Below, piece by piece: positions 63,551 through 64,000 of a DNA stretch of 64,000 bases. Made by a program: the position numbers and the translations under genes. The stretch comes from an uncultured Solirubrobacterales bacterium (GTDB lineage: Bacteria; Actinomycetota; Thermoleophilia; Solirubrobacterales; Solirubrobacteraceae): contig CAWDQX010000008.1 in the NCBI GenBank assembly GCA_963804555.1, positions 9,813-73,812 of the forward strand. The letters run 5' to 3'. The notes beneath the pieces were generated by a model that was given only the letters and a program-made list of their open reading frames with translations, searched no databases and was not told where the DNA came from. The stretch's first letter is position 1. Each line of letters starts with the position of its first letter.

Positions 63551-63678
63551 GAGATCACCTCCATCAGGGTGTAGCTGCGAGTAGGGCACTGTAGCTACTT
63601 TAGTTGCTGTATTGAGTATATAGACACTGTAGACATATCGTGCTTGTGGTCCTTGTAGACTTTGGTACCCTGATCGGC

Positions 63679-64000
63679 ATGGCGCAAACATCCCTGAAGC
63701 AAGGCGGACGTATGTTCGATGCGTCCGGTCCGCAAGCCGCTCGAGCGGTGCCTGAGCTCTCCCAGAGAAGCTCACAGCGTTTCCAGGTGCTCTCGCTCGA
63801 TGGCGGCGGCTTCAAGGGCATGTTCGCCGCGGTCTTGCTCGCCTGCCTGGAGGCGGATCTCGGGATCTCGGTGCTCGACCACTTCGATCTCGTGGCCGGC
63901 ACCTCGACCGGGGGGATCATCGCCCTGGGCCTCGGCGCCGGGCTGAGCCCCGCGGAGATCGTCGACTTCTACGTCGAGCGCGGGCCCGCGATCTTCGCCC
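63679..64000 (+). CDS. Patatin-like phospholipase, CBASS CapV-like (runs off the right edge)
   Basis: Manual translation RFQVLSLDGGGFKGMFAAVLLACLEADLG..DHFDLVAGTSTGGIIALGLG..EIVDFY..GPAIF: oxyanion DGGG and GxSxG lipase motifs. Confidence 0.88.
   Translation, partial: MAQTSLKQGGRMFDASGPQAARAVPELSQRSSQRFQVLSLDGGGFKGMFAAVLLACLEADLGISVLDHFDLVAGTSTGGIIALGLGAGLSPAEIVDFYVERGPAIFA

Overview
High-GC actinobacterial DNA; gene content and protein style suggest Thermoleophilia/Solirubrobacterales (inference). Many single-base frameshifts look like long-read indel errors. About 1-45 kb is chromosomal-type content: an ABC/TetR pair, MFS and MMPL/MarR transport modules, a NarL/GAF-kinase redox cluster, secreted proteins, oxidoreductases, a three-gene gamma-glutamyl ligase/hydrolase operon, an ECF sigma/anti-sigma fusion, valS, archaeal-type aspS, an orphan ParB, an HD-GYP protein and a PLD. 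About 45.7-64 kb is an accessory defence/toxin-antitoxin hotspot. It holds a convergent DprA + HAD-PRTase-Zn-ribbon pair (ShosTA-like), two DUF433/DUF5615 pairs, an HTH/RelE-like pair, orphan antitoxins, a superinfection-immunity gene and three copies of a SnoaL gene bracketing cargo. A 56-bp direct repeat 12 kb apart brackets most of it. At the right edge an excisionase-like HTH + unknown gene pair lies divergent from a CapV-like patatin, possibly the start of a CBASS operon with an undescribed regulator. No rRNA, tRNA, CRISPR array or intact integrase was seen. All family calls come from motif recognition by eye; no database search was run.
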